DNA of 64,000 nucleotides from Klebsiella phage K64-1: sequence record AB897757.1; one strand, 5' to 3'. A program made the position numbers and the translations under genes. The notes beneath the pieces were generated by a model that did not search any database, had not been told where the DNA came from, and worked only from the letters and a program-made list of their open reading frames with translations. Positions 37,118-47,519 of the stretch are shown one piece after another (within the stretch, counting starts at the first letter, position 1; each line of letters starts with the position of its first letter).

Positions 37118-39451
37118 TTAATTGGTATCAGAATTAGAATTTGATGTAGAATCTGAACGTTTTAATGCACGAACTACTAATGCTGCCTGAAGTTGTTGTG
37201 TAAATGAACCACCATTAGAGAACGTACTAACTACTTTATTAACTCTATAAAAAGAACTATTAAAAATTGTTGGGGTACTTACATCCAAAATACCGGTATT
37301 ATCATTAATAGAAACAACTGGTTTAATATTAAGTAAAAGATATGCTTCAGTATCCAGATAGTTAGCATAATAAAAATCATCAACATCCAATGATATTTCT
37401 TGTCCATCCTGAACAATTTGTTTAATGTATTTTAAAAAAGAATAATCACTCCATCCCAACCAGTAAGGATCTCCAACAACTTTCATGTCAAGATTCATTA
37501 GAAAAGGGCGAACATAATAATTATCACGCATGTTACGCCTAACCATTTCTTCTGAACTACTATTATCATTAACGGAAGCACTTGTGGTAGTGTAGTTATT
37601 CTCTGCTTCAGTAGGAACTGCGTAAATTAAATTATCACGAGTGGTAATATTACCAGTATCGCTTCCAGTACCACTGTGCTCAGATGAAACGTTGTCATTG
37701 TAATCTTCTACGTATTCTCGGTTAACTTGAACTTTGAAGTTATTAAGTTCATCCTGTTCTTCTTGTGCTCCAACTTTTTGTAATGGAATAAGTGATTCAT
37801 TAACTTTTTTAACGAATTGTTTTTGTTCATCTGTTAATACAGTACCAAGTTTTTCTTTTGTTTTTAAATCATAAGCAACTTCCCATGCATCCGGTAGTGT
37901 TTTGTACTGAACACCGTCCAGAATAAACGGAGTACTGGCATGAGTACCACCAATATTTTTAGTGTCTTGTATTGGTGTGGGGTTACGTGTTGTAGCAACA
38001 AAAAACTGTTGATCGAATTTTAAATCTAAATTTAAAATTTCCTGGTTAAGACCCGTAAAATGATAATTATAAGTTTTCGCTTTTATTTTTGTTTTGTTAT
38101 CACTTGGATCTATATATTTCTTAGCCTCATTAAAAAATGTTTCAAAATTAAATCTTTCTTTTTCCAAATCTTTCTCATGAACAATATCACCGAGTTTATA
38201 TGGTAAAATATTAAAAATAACTTTATATACAGTAGTATTTCGATATGGATCAAACCCCACATATTCCTGTACTGGAATGATATTAACAAATTGACGAACA
38301 CTTTGTACATCTGCTGGATTACCACAGTTATCAAGTACATCATCGATTATTCTTGAAATTGGTGTACTGGCATTCCATGACAAATACTTTGAACCTTGTT
38401 GACCTGTACTTGTCTTACCTACTTCGGAACTTTGTTTAGAATCATAATTGATATATAAATCTTTAAGAGAAGGAGTGACTCTTAATTCAAAGAATTTTTG
38501 ATCAGAAAGTTCACTAAACAATGGGACAAGATAACCATATTGTCTCATTGACATTTCATTTAATTTATCTTCTAAATCAGCACATAATTCGTCAAAATAT
38601 GCAGCAGTGCAGTTATATTGTTCTTTTAGTGTCCATGAATTATTATCAATTAAACTTCTTGTGTTAGCCACTAATTGCATATTGTATTTCATTACGCTAC
38701 CAGTTTGAGAAGCCTGTGCCAGTACTTTAATCATACGAACCGACCATTTTCTGGTAATATCAGGAATAACTGTTGGTGCTCCATCTTTATATCCAATAAA
38801 TTTTAATTCGAGAATAAGAGGTACATCACCAAATTTCTTATAGCCAAGTTTGTTGCTTAATACAATTAATGTATCATATAAACTCATACTATTATTTTCA
38901 GTAACAGAAATTTCATATGTATTAGAACTATAACAAGTGGTTAAACCTGGAGAAGCTGGAACTGCGTTAGTAATTTTAACATCAGTAATACTATAATTAG
39001 AGGTAACACCACTTTCAGCAATAATATATTCTTGTGATTCCCAGTTTGGCTCTTTGTTAAACATTTTGAAATCATCCGGTGATAATGCATAAAGGGAAAA
39101 ATGCCATGTGTAATTATCATACTGTAATAGAACATTTTCATAATTAACTACATAGTCATTAAAATCTTTTCCATAAAATACACCATCTAATGGTCTATCT
39201 GTGCCATTATTTTCTGGTTGTGGGTTCGCCGCAAATTTGTTATTACTAATAGCACTAACATCATTTTTAAAAGAATTTACTTTATTTTGTAATATAGAAG
39301 AAATGTCTTTTGTAGCACTACTTTCGGATGTTGTAGTACTTGTTGAGTTTGATACACTGCTTGTAGTACTACTTGATGCTGTTTTAGCTTGTTCTACATC
39401 ATCAGCAAATGTTTGTGCTTGTTTTGCTAGATTACTTAAATTGAATGCCAT
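37118..39451 (-). CDS. putative baseplate hub protein (gp27-like by position), S/T-rich N-terminus
   Basis: 777-aa ORF directly upstream of the gp5-like gene with a 12-nt gap; assignment by synteny only. Confidence 0.3.
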   Translation of the reverse strand: MAFNLSNLAKQAQTFADDVEQAKTASSSTTSSVSNSTSTTTSESSATKDISSILQNKVNSFKNDVSAISNNKFAANPQPENNGTDRPLDGVFYGKDFNDYVVNYENVLLQYDNYTWHFSLYALSPDDFKMFNKEPNWESQEYIIAESGVTSNYSITDVKITNAVPASPGLTTCYSSNTYEISVTENNSMSLYDTLIVLSNKLGYKKFGDVPLILELKFIGYKDGAPTVIPDITRKWSVRMIKVLAQASQTGSVMKYNMQLVANTRSLIDNNSWTLKEQYNCTAAYFDELCADLEDKLNEMSMRQYGYLVPLFSELSDQKFFELRVTPSLKDLYINYDSKQSSEVGKTSTGQQGSKYLSWNASTPISRIIDDVLDNCGNPADVQSVRQFVNIIPVQEYVGFDPYRNTTVYKVIFNILPYKLGDIVHEKDLEKERFNFETFFNEAKKYIDPSDNKTKIKAKTYNYHFTGLNQEILNLDLKFDQQFFVATTRNPTPIQDTKNIGGTHASTPFILDGVQYKTLPDAWEVAYDLKTKEKLGTVLTDEQKQFVKKVNESLIPLQKVGAQEEQDELNNFKVQVNREYVEDYNDNVSSEHSGTGSDTGNITTRDNLIYAVPTEAENNYTTTSASVNDNSSSEEMVRRNMRDNYYVRPFLMNLDMKVVGDPYWLGWSDYSFLKYIKQIVQDGQEISLDVDDFYYANYLDTEAYLLLNIKPVVSINDNTGILDVSTPTIFNSSFYRVNKVVSTFSNGGSFTQQLQAALVVRALKRSDSTSNSNSDTN

Positions 39452-39460
39452 AATAACCTC

Positions 39461-39787
39461 TTATTGGACGTTTCTCGAAGTCCCAAGATACGTTTGAATT
39501 CTTTGTGGTGTGGGTACTTTAATAACTAAACCACTTTTAAAATTATAAATTGGATCTTCACCTAATAAATCTGGATTAAGAAGTGCAAAAATATAATACA
39601 AACGTTCATTGCCGTATAATTCATATGATAATCTCCACGGCTGTTCATCGTATTTGGCAGGAATTTCGTAATCCTGATCACTATCCGCCGCCACCATATC
39701 TCTTGGTAAATTATAATCCAGATACCATGTCTTTTCAGTCTTTGCATAAGGAGAAAATTGACTTGGACTTGCATTAGAATTAGACAT
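39461..39787 (-). CDS. gp53: gp53-like baseplate wedge protein
   Basis: SYELYGNERLYYIFALLNPDLLGEDPIY parallels T4 gp53 AIYGNPQLYWVLLMCNDNYDPYYG (recalled from memory); lies upstream of the spike cluster as gene 53 does in T4. Confidence 0.4.
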   Translation of the reverse strand: MSNSNASPSQFSPYAKTEKTWYLDYNLPRDMVAADSDQDYEIPAKYDEQPWRLSYELYGNERLYYIFALLNPDLLGEDPIYNFKSGLVIKVPTPQRIQTYLGTSRNVQ

Positions 39788-40518
39788 TAAATAAATCCTC
39801 CTTTGCGTAATAAGTCTCCACGCTTAAATGAATTGAGATTGAAATTCTTGGTAACATAATCCGATGTGGGTTGCTCTTCTAATTGGATAGTTACAGGGAC
39901 TTTGTGTGGAACCCATACTTCGTTTTGTTGATTCATATAACCATTACTTCTTAATTGATCAAAAAAAGTTCTGGTATCCGCATCACTTAAATTAAATGTA
40001 GTAGTGCTACTATCAACTGGAACCTGAATATAATCAACATCGTTGGTTAAAGAAAAATTATAACTTTTTAAAATAACAGGAATATCATTATATACATATC
40101 TTCCATAAGCACTTAGTAGTAAAATCGGTGGAGGTGCACCAGCAACAGCATAATCGTTATTACTACTCATAGCAGCCTGTCTACCAAAATCCATCAATGA
40201 TACGCTTCTTATGAAATGCATACATGCTAAAGTATACAGTGCTTCTGTTGGTGTATTACTAACGAACTCACCTTGAATATTAAAAATAGTATTACTCGTA
40301 TTTTTATAATTATTATAATTTGAATTTGAATGTACAGGTGATTGTGTTTCATAAACTACTGAACGTTGTTCAGTGATAGTTGGGGTAACATTCCATACTA
40401 AACCATTAGAACTTCTAAGAAAGGATAGTAACGTTGGTGTGGAAGCATCTCCATAATCACCGTATACATAATTCGCACCCGCATCCTTTGGTCTTAATCT
40501 TACACGGCGGTCAATCAT
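39787..40518 (-). CDS. hypothetical late structural protein (first gene of the minus-strand baseplate operon)
   Basis: 243-aa ORF with ggagaaataaaaATG RBS and a TATAAATA late motif about 30 nt upstream. Confidence 0.35.
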   Translation of the reverse strand: MIDRRVRLRPKDAGANYVYGDYGDASTPTLLSFLRSSNGLVWNVTPTITEQRSVVYETQSPVHSNSNYNNYKNTSNTIFNIQGEFVSNTPTEALYTLACMHFIRSVSLMDFGRQAAMSSNNDYAVAGAPPPILLLSAYGRYVYNDIPVILKSYNFSLTNDVDYIQVPVDSSTTTFNLSDADTRTFFDQLRSNGYMNQQNEVWVPHKVPVTIQLEEQPTSDYVTKNFNLNSFKRGDLLRKGGFI

Positions 40519-40546
40519 TTTTATTTCTCCATTAGGACATTTATAA

Positions 40547-40554
40547 TATTTATA
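40547..40554 (-). promoter_or_regulatory. T4-type late promoter motif TATAAATA (minus strand) for the baseplate operon
   Basis: Plus-strand tatttata at 40547-40554, about 30 nt upstream of the 40518 start. Confidence 0.45.
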
Positions 40555-40555
40555 T

Positions 40556-40585
40556 TTGAATAAAAACTATTTTTTGTACTATAAT
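40556..40585 (+). promoter_or_regulatory. sigma70-type promoter TTGAAT - 18 nt - TATAAT for the gp55-like gene
   Basis: ttgaat 40556-40561, tataat 40580-40585; divergent from the late motif. Confidence 0.45.
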
Positions 40586-40635
40586 ATATACAATGATCCA
40601 TATTATGGACAACGTGCAATCAAAAGGATTTGTAA

Positions 40636-41514
40636 ATGACACGCCCACGCAGAAAAAAATATCTCAATAATGCAGATCTATTGAGAGAAATTCAAAAAAG
40701 CAAAATGACATATTGTTCTGTAATAGATCCTATATACAATATGTATGATTTCATTGTTTTTGATGAATCAGAAATCGATGAAGAGATTCTACAAAAAGCA
40801 AAAACTGCAAGAATCAAACGTCTAAATAATGAAATCCTCGAAAATACAAGGAATGTTCTGAATTGTGGAACTAAAAAGGCTCGTGAACATTGCATTGAAC
40901 AGGATTTATTCTTAAAAGATGTACCAGATGATGAAGTTGTTATTAGAGTAATCACAAATGAACACATTCCAGAAGGAACACGTACAAATTTCGAAGCATT
41001 TAAGCAATATATTATCAGTACTGATGGTGAATTGATTGAAGTTGCTAGAAGTCACTGGAAAGGTGATTTTGAAACCGGAGAATTCACTGTTAATGGTGGT
41101 AAGTTAACTAATGAGCTTGGTAAAATGTTCATTAAGCTGGTTGAAGAGATTTCACATAAAGCTAATTTTAGAAATTATACATACTTAGATGAAATGCAAG
41201 GTGAAGCACGAATTCAGTTGGTAAAAAATGCTCTACTTTTCAAAGAAAGTATGTTGTACAAAAAAGATAAACCTACTAATCAACTAAATCCATTTTCTTA
41301 TTATACAAGTTTCGTAACTAATTCGTTTCGTTCTGTTCTTAATAGTGAAAAAACTGTTCGTAATATCCGAGATGATTTATTGGAAATCAACGGTTTCACT
41401 CCATCACATACACGTCAATTGGAAATTGAAGTACAAATGATTGAACGAAAGAAAGAAGAAGAACAGGAACAAGAAGAAGAGAAAAATATCGATGAAAACC
41501 GACATTTTATTTGA
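40636..41514 (+). CDS. gp55: late-transcription sigma factor gp55 homologue with a ~100-aa internal insertion and an acidic C-terminal tail
   Basis: [11 protein letters not shown] ~ T4 [57 protein letters not shown] ~ T4 [64 protein letters not shown] ~ T4 NPHAYITQACFNAFVQR (all from memory). Confidence 0.7.
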   Translation: [292 protein letters not shown]

Positions 41515-42532
41515 TAAAGCGATAACATTCACCGATATTCATTTCGGAATGAAGAATAACAGTAAACAACACAATGAAGATTGTGTTAATTTTGTCAAAT
41601 TTATGATTGAAGAAGCAAAAAAGAATGAAATAAGAGTTGCTATTTTCATGGGTGACTATTTTCACAACAGAAGCAATATTAATATTCAAACACTTAATTA
41701 TGGTCTTGAAGTTCTTCAGATGCTTAATGATAATTTTGATAAAGTTTATTTTATTGTAGGTAATCATGATATGTATCACAAAAATAAACGAGATATAACC
41801 AGTATTAATATGGCTAAAGTATACAATAATATTGTATTCATTAATGAAATTACAACAATTAAAGATTGTACTTTTATCCCGTTTATGATTGATGATGAAT
41901 ATAAACAACTACCGCATATTAAATCCAAATATGTATTTGGTCATCTGGAATTACCTGGATATTTGTTGAATAAAATGGTAGAAATGCCCGATTGTGGAAA
42001 AGAGAACGAAGATTCTTTCAGTTCATGTGAATATGTTTTTAGTGGACATTTTCACAAACGTCAGGCTAAATTAACCAGACATGGTACTAAAATTGTATAC
42101 ACTGGAAATTGTTTCCCTCATAACTTTTCTGATACATGGGACGATGCTCGTGGTGTTATGATTCTTGAACACGGAAAAGAACCACAATTTAAAGCATGGG
42201 AACACGCACCAAAATACAGAACATTCACATTATCTGAATTTTTGTCCAACCCACAATATTATGTCCAAAATGATACCATCAACAAAGTGTTAATTGATGT
42301 TAATATCAGTACTGATGAAATTAGTTTCATTCGTGAAATATTCAGTTCTCAATATAATATCAGAGAATTTAATGCTGTTGCTAATAAACAAAATATAAAA
42401 GAATTACTTGAATCTGAACAGGAATTTGAAAATACAGAATCAGTCGATGAAATTGTAATTCAACAAATTATGGAACTTGATAGTACAATGTTCGATAAAT
42501 CACTACTTATACAAATATATAATTCTTTATAA
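41492..42532 (+). CDS. gp47: recombination endonuclease subunit gp47 (SbcD/Mre11-like)
   Basis: Phosphoesterase motifs FTDIHFG, FMGDYFH, VGNHD, GHLE, SGHFH; start at ATG 41492 (MKTDILF) overlapping the end of gp55. Confidence 0.8.
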   Translation: MKTDILFDKAITFTDIHFGMKNNSKQHNEDCVNFVKFMIEEAKKNEIRVAIFMGDYFHNRSNINIQTLNYGLEVLQMLNDNFDKVYFIVGNHDMYHKNKRDITSINMAKVYNNIVFINEITTIKDCTFIPFMIDDEYKQLPHIKSKYVFGHLELPGYLLNKMVEMPDCGKENEDSFSSCEYVFSGHFHKRQAKLTRHGTKIVYTGNCFPHNFSDTWDDARGVMILEHGKEPQFKAWEHAPKYRTFTLSEFLSNPQYYVQNDTINKVLIDVNISTDEISFIREIFSSQYNIREFNAVANKQNIKELLESEQEFENTESVDEIVIQQIMELDSTMFDKSLLIQIYNSL

Positions 42533-42541
42533 GGAAATAAA

Positions 42542-44686
42542 GTGTTAACATTTAAACGTATTACTATGCGAAATTTTTTCTCCTTTGGTAATGCACCACA
42601 AACAATTGATCTAGATAGTTCAGATATTACACTTGTTCTTGGTCAAAATAATGATGCAGTTATTGAAGGAAATGATAGTTCAGGAAGAAGAAATGGTGTT
42701 GGTAAATCCGCTATTATTCAGGGAATTGTTTTTGGTTTGTACGGAAAAAGTATTGCAAATGAAATTAAAATTCCCAATTTAGTGAATAAAATAAACGGAA
42801 AGAACTGTGAAGTAAAAATTGAATTTGAAAAAGATGGAATTTCTTATATTGTAGAACGTGGGCGTAATCCTGCGTTTTTTAATTTCATTAAACTCAGTGA
42901 TGATCAAATAAATGACGAAAGTCGTGGTGAAAAGAAAGATACACAAGAAGATTTAAATGAAATTTTGGGTATTTCACAATTTCTGTTTGAACACATTGTA
43001 GTGCTGAATGCTAACGTAGAACCTTTTCTTTCCATGTCTGCACAAAAACAACGTGATATGATCGAAGAACTTCTCGGTATTACACAATTAACCGAAAAAG
43101 CACAGCTTCTTAAAGATATGCAAAAGGAAACTAAGCGTTTAGCAGAGCAAGAACGTTTTAAAAATGAAACTATACAAGCAAGTAATGAACGAATTCAAAA
43201 AAGTATAGAAACTCTTCAGGAACAGGCAAATAAATTCGAAATTGACAAGTCAAACCGAATCAGTGAACTAGAAAAACAGATTGAAACCTATTCTGTTCTA
43301 AATTTCGAAGAACTATATGAACAAGCCAATATAAAAGAAGAATCATTAATTCATAATGCTAAGAAATCCAATTTAGAAAATCGCGTATCTGATTTAGTAC
43401 TTAAATATGAATCGTATAAACGAGATATTGAACATAATAAAGCAATACTAAAGATTAATATCGAACGCCTTCAACAAGTTGACATTGTAAGTGAATTAAA
43501 GAATCATGAAGAACTTGAATTGTGGAAACAACTTGAATCTATACTAAAAGAGAACATAACACAAAAGAATTATAAAGAACAAAAAATAAATTTATTAAAA
43601 AGTACGTTACAAAGTTCTAAATCTTCTCTTGAATTGGAAAAAAACAAACTAGATGTGGTACTCAATAGCAAATGCCCACTGTGTAAATCAAGTCTGGAGC
43701 ATAATGAGCATAGTTCTGATATTAAATCAAAAATTCTGAAAACAATTACTGATATTGAGAACTCGATATTAACTATTGAATATGATATTAGTATACTTCA
43801 TGAAGAAGTTGATTCAATTGACGTGTTTGATATGCCTCATAAACCAGAAACTGTGTATAATACACTTACTGAAGCACAAATGCATGAGCATAAGTTACAG
43901 GAGTTAATTAAACAGTACGAAATTGATCAAATCAATATTTTTGAATCAGAATTAATGTCATCATATGAAGAATTAAATTCTTTTGAACTAAAAGATGTAC
44001 CAGATGCACTAACCAAGACTGAAGTTCGTGAACTGGAACTTGCTTATGATTCATTAAAACAACAATTACAACGAGAATTTAGTACAGTAAACACATATAT
44101 TAGTCAAATTAACACACTTCAGAATGAATCCATTGTTGTGGTTAATTATGACTCTTATAATGAACTGGATAAGCTACAAAATCATCAAGATTTTATGGTT
44201 AAACTTCTTCTCAATAAAGATTCATACTTGAGAAAACGTATCATCGAACAAAATATTTCATTTTTAAACAACAGACTTCAGTACTATATTGATATGTGTG
44301 GTTCAGAGCACAATGTTAAGTTCTTGACTGATTTGAGTGTTGAAATTGAAAAGAATGACCAGTACTTTGACTATAAACAGCTTAGTCGCGGTGAACGTAC
44401 TCGTGTTAATATCGCACTGTCTTGTGCCTTCAGGGATACATATGAATCATTATATCAAAATATCAATTTAATTTGTTGTGATGAGGCATTAGAAACTGGC
44501 TTGGATGCTAGTGGTGTATTGAGAGCATGGATGATATTTCAGGACATGGCATCAATCAGAAATAAAAATGTCTTTGTTATTTCACACAGAGATGAACTTA
44601 TTTCAAAAACCGAAAATATCATGAAAGTTACTAAAGAGGATGGATTCAGTACTGTTCAGTACTGTACATTAGACGATATATATTAA
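42542..44686 (+). CDS. gp46: recombination ATPase gp46 (SbcC/Rad50-like)
   Basis: N-terminal FSFGN...LVLGQNNDAV and Walker A GRRNGVGKSA; long coiled-coil middle; C-terminal signature/D-loop region LICCDEALETGLD; RBS taaggaaataaaGTG. Confidence 0.8.
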   Translation: MLTFKRITMRNFFSFGNAPQTIDLDSSDITLVLGQNNDAVIEGNDSSGRRNGVGKSAIIQGIVFGLYGKSIANEIKIPNLVNKINGKNCEVKIEFEKDGISYIVERGRNPAFFNFIKLSDDQINDESRGEKKDTQEDLNEILGISQFLFEHIVVLNANVEPFLSMSAQKQRDMIEELLGITQLTEKAQLLKDMQKETKRLAEQERFKNETIQASNERIQKSIETLQEQANKFEIDKSNRISELEKQIETYSVLNFEELYEQANIKEESLIHNAKKSNLENRVSDLVLKYESYKRDIEHNKAILKINIERLQQVDIVSELKNHEELELWKQLESILKENITQKNYKEQKINLLKSTLQSSKSSLELEKNKLDVVLNSKCPLCKSSLEHNEHSSDIKSKILKTITDIENSILTIEYDISILHEEVDSIDVFDMPHKPETVYNTLTEAQMHEHKLQELIKQYEIDQINIFESELMSSYEELNSFELKDVPDALTKTEVRELELAYDSLKQQLQREFSTVNTYISQINTLQNESIVVVNYDSYNELDKLQNHQDFMVKLLLNKDSYLRKRIIEQNISFLNNRLQYYIDMCGSEHNVKFLTDLSVEIEKNDQYFDYKQLSRGERTRVNIALSCAFRDTYESLYQNINLICCDEALETGLDASGVLRAWMIFQDMASIRNKNVFVISHRDELISKTENIMKVTKEDGFSTVQYCTLDDIY

Positions 44687-44720
44687 AAAAAGGGGAGCAT
44701 ATTAGCTCCCCTTTTTTATT
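44687..44720. terminator. bidirectional rho-independent terminator; the stop codon of the minus-strand GIY-YIG gene lies in its loop
   Basis: ggggagc-atatta-gctcccc with A8 upstream and T6 downstream. Confidence 0.7.
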
Positions 44721-45733
44721 ATTGTCATAATTTCATTCAACGATGCAGGTGATACGGTTTCAGTCCACCCATCACCGAATAATTCTTTTGTTAAGTGTCT
44801 TGCTTTTATGGTTCTTTTTATTTCTTTTTCTATGTTAAATGCATCATTACAATTTTCATATACTTTGTGGTATACAACATTCAATTTGTACTTACATTTA
44901 TTTTTATATGAACCCATTCTGTGTTTGATATTCTTTGTTATACCGAATTTATAACCAACTATATTATTATAATCATCAGATACTTCTAAAATGTATATAC
45001 CTGAACTAAAATCAGAAGATTTATAACCATTTTTGTAACTAACAGAATTACACAAAGGACACCCTTTATCTCGCATAAAATTGTCATATGTCATAGACCA
45101 TGTATAATTGCATTTACAAGTTAAAATGACTTTACTAAAAACACCATTAAAGTTCTTTTCATCTATTAATTCAAATTTAATGCCAGTTTCTTTGCTTTTA
45201 ATTTTTAAATTCTCATTTAATTCATTTATACTGTATTTGTGAGTACCTGAACATTTCAAACAACCAATATTATTACTGAAAAATGAATCATAAGTGGTAG
45301 TATTCCATTCGTATGCTTCAGAATGTTTAGTATTGTCATTGCATTTTAGTTTTAAATATGTTTTTGTTTTATTATATTCATCAAACCCGAGGAATTCCAG
45401 TGTCCCACCTCGTTTAATGCATTCATTTTCCACATTTTGAATTAAAATTTCAGGTGTTAACTTATTCAATGAAGGCTTTCTGAACTTTTTTGATTCTATA
45501 TTTCTCAGATATCTATATAATTTGTTAATTCTGTAATTATTATAAGTTATATTATCATGTGTTATTGAAGTAAGTGTATTATTACCTAACCATTTTTCTT
45601 CAATAATGAATCCATTGAATTTTATATTAAATTTGGATAACCTTTTCGATAAATCGTTGAAATATTCCCATGGAGTTCTGGAATTATAGTTAACGTGAAC
45701 TAAAATAATATCATCTGGTAAAGATATTATCAT
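44702..45733 (-). CDS. zinc-ribbon-repeat protein with C-terminal GIY-YIG nuclease domain (homing-endonuclease-like)
   Basis: C-terminal GIYILE...GYKFGIT...R...E...FGDGWTET; N-terminal repeated CLKCSG / CPLCNS cysteine pairs; paralogue of 55731-56957. Confidence 0.55.
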   Translation of the reverse strand: MIISLPDDIILVHVNYNSRTPWEYFNDLSKRLSKFNIKFNGFIIEEKWLGNNTLTSITHDNITYNNYRINKLYRYLRNIESKKFRKPSLNKLTPEILIQNVENECIKRGGTLEFLGFDEYNKTKTYLKLKCNDNTKHSEAYEWNTTTYDSFFSNNIGCLKCSGTHKYSINELNENLKIKSKETGIKFELIDEKNFNGVFSKVILTCKCNYTWSMTYDNFMRDKGCPLCNSVSYKNGYKSSDFSSGIYILEVSDDYNNIVGYKFGITKNIKHRMGSYKNKCKYKLNVVYHKVYENCNDAFNIEKEIKRTIKARHLTKELFGDGWTETVSPASLNEIMTIIKKGS

Positions 45734-46224
45734 TTTTGATCTCTTTTTATATCATTCATATTCAATTGACCACTTTGTATTAGCTTTCTGGCTTGTTTGG
45801 AACGTTCTTTGATGTTACTACCGGGTACTAACCCCAAATCACTAAGAATTTCGCTCTGTTGGTTTGCTGGAAGTCGTTTGAAGCGATTTACATCAACGGT
45901 AAGTGCCGTGTGATGTATAACTTGTTCATCTGGTGAAACAGAATCGTGGTATTCCAGATAATCTGCTAAATTTCTCAATACTTCGTATAACGGTTTATCC
46001 GTTAAATGCTTACAATATTGGTGGAAGCTATTATAAACTTTACCTTCGAACGCATTCACCTCATTTTGTAATACTCCCCTGCAACTCTGTGTATCATAAT
46101 GTCTGTGGTCAAGAACGGGTCTTATTATTTTAATTCCAATAATTGGATCAATACCATTTTGTTCCTTCAGTTTTCCATTTCTATATTTGGCAGCTTCATT
46201 GCTATTTTTTAATCTACGTTTCAT
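45730..46224 (-). CDS. gp49: endonuclease VII-like Holliday junction resolvase (gp49)
   Basis: PVLDHRHYDTQSCRGVLQNEVNAFEG matches T4 endo VII HLDHDHE...GKVRGLLCNLCNAAEG (from memory). Confidence 0.6.
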   Translation of the reverse strand: MKRRLKNSNEAAKYRNGKLKEQNGIDPIIGIKIIRPVLDHRHYDTQSCRGVLQNEVNAFEGKVYNSFHQYCKHLTDKPLYEVLRNLADYLEYHDSVSPDEQVIHHTALTVDVNRFKRLPANQQSEILSDLGLVPGSNIKERSKQARKLIQSGQLNMNDIKRDQK

Positions 46225-46342
46225 GATATAATCTCTTATATTATATATCTAATAAATTTATTTACTTCAATAAATACCTATGTAAATAATCTTTCTGTAT
46301 AATGCATAATTCAATACATAATTTCTTGATACGTTAGATACG

Positions 46343-46380
46343 GAATAGCAAAATAGGTCAGTACTTTTCAGTACTGACCT
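46343..46380. terminator. bidirectional rho-independent terminator
   Basis: aggtcagtact-tttc-agtactgacct 11-bp stem, T7 run downstream and A-run upstream. Confidence 0.75.
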
Positions 46381-46588
46381 ATTTTTTTCTGATTTTATCG
46401 CCCCTCATTTTGTTTACGGACTTTCTTGTTGTATGCTTTAACCATCAAGTCTCGTTCAGTTACTGGCATATTAAGTAACATTTCATACGAGGTATTATCA
46501 ATATATACAGCAGCTTCCATTAATGCTTGTTTAATTTCTTGCTGATTAAACTCTATGTCTCGTATGTATTTTTCTATTTCAGTTGCCT

Positions 46589-47464
46589 CTAACTGGAGAA
46601 GCTGAGATCGAAAAAACGGGTAATATCATACACCAAATCTTCAATAACCCATTCATGATTACATTCACTACATTCAACCTGCATCGTGTGTTCAACACCA
46701 GTATTTTGCATTGTGTTGATTTCATCCTGAATAGTTTTAAGAACGTCTTTTGACTGATCTCCTACCCATTCTGAAATAAATTCTCGTTCAGTCACTTCAT
46801 CCCCGTCTGGAGTGATAATTTTAGAGATACTATAAACAATACCGTCGAAGTTAATTTTAGTGATAGGTTCAAAAATATCAGAAATGAATAGTTTTGCTCG
46901 GTCTTCATCACTTAACGACTCATCTAAATCGAGATATTTGGATTTGGACTGAATATTGAACATTCGCTCATTTATATCACATTGTTCTTTCCATGTAAGT
47001 GGTTTAAGTTCAATACTTAATCCATTATTTAAAACTACAGTAGGGATTTCTTTAATATATTTTACTGTATTCAATAGCACATTCAAATCACGTTCGATAC
47101 GACCTTCATGGTCACATTCGGGACATTTTACATTAATATCATAAGTATATTCTTTGGTTGCAACTTTAATTGCAATAAGCAGTTGTTCGATATCATTGAT
47201 GTATAATTCATCTGCATTAAGGACGTTCGGGCAGCAATTTTCAATAACTCGTGATACCGCATCCCCGGACATAAGCATATCAGGAGTATTCAGTACTATT
47301 TCATCACGAGCACTGCGAGCACATACCCCAACTTTAATACCTTTATTTCCTAATACACCATCGGGATATTTAATTACATCATTTGAAATAAGTTTAGCAC
47401 TAAGTACTTCAATTTTTGTGTACTTGGCTAGTGGGTTCATCTTACTCATAAAGACTCCAATCAA
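46589..47464 (-). CDS. hypothetical protein with two CxxC...CxxC zinc-ribbon-like pairs
   Basis: CPECDHEGR and CSECNHEW motifs; probable start MSKMNPLAKY at 47447; TATAAATA late motif about 30 nt upstream. Confidence 0.4.
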   Translation of the reverse strand: MIGVFMSKMNPLAKYTKIEVLSAKLISNDVIKYPDGVLGNKGIKVGVCARSARDEIVLNTPDMLMSGDAVSRVIENCCPNVLNADELYINDIEQLLIAIKVATKEYTYDINVKCPECDHEGRIERDLNVLLNTVKYIKEIPTVVLNNGLSIELKPLTWKEQCDINERMFNIQSKSKYLDLDESLSDEDRAKLFISDIFEPITKINFDGIVYSISKIITPDGDEVTEREFISEWVGDQSKDVLKTIQDEINTMQNTGVEHTMQVECSECNHEWVIEDLVYDITRFFDLSFSS

Positions 47465-47491
47465 TGAACAAAATAAATAATCTATATGACA

Positions 47492-47499
47492 TATTTATA
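47492..47499 (-). promoter_or_regulatory. T4-type late promoter motif TATAAATA (minus strand); the plus strand shows the variant TATAAATG 17 nt before the 47520 start
   Basis: tatttataaatg at 47492-47503 sits in a divergent intergenic region. Confidence 0.4.
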
Positions 47500-47519
47500 A
47501 ATGTTTAAAAGGATAAAAA

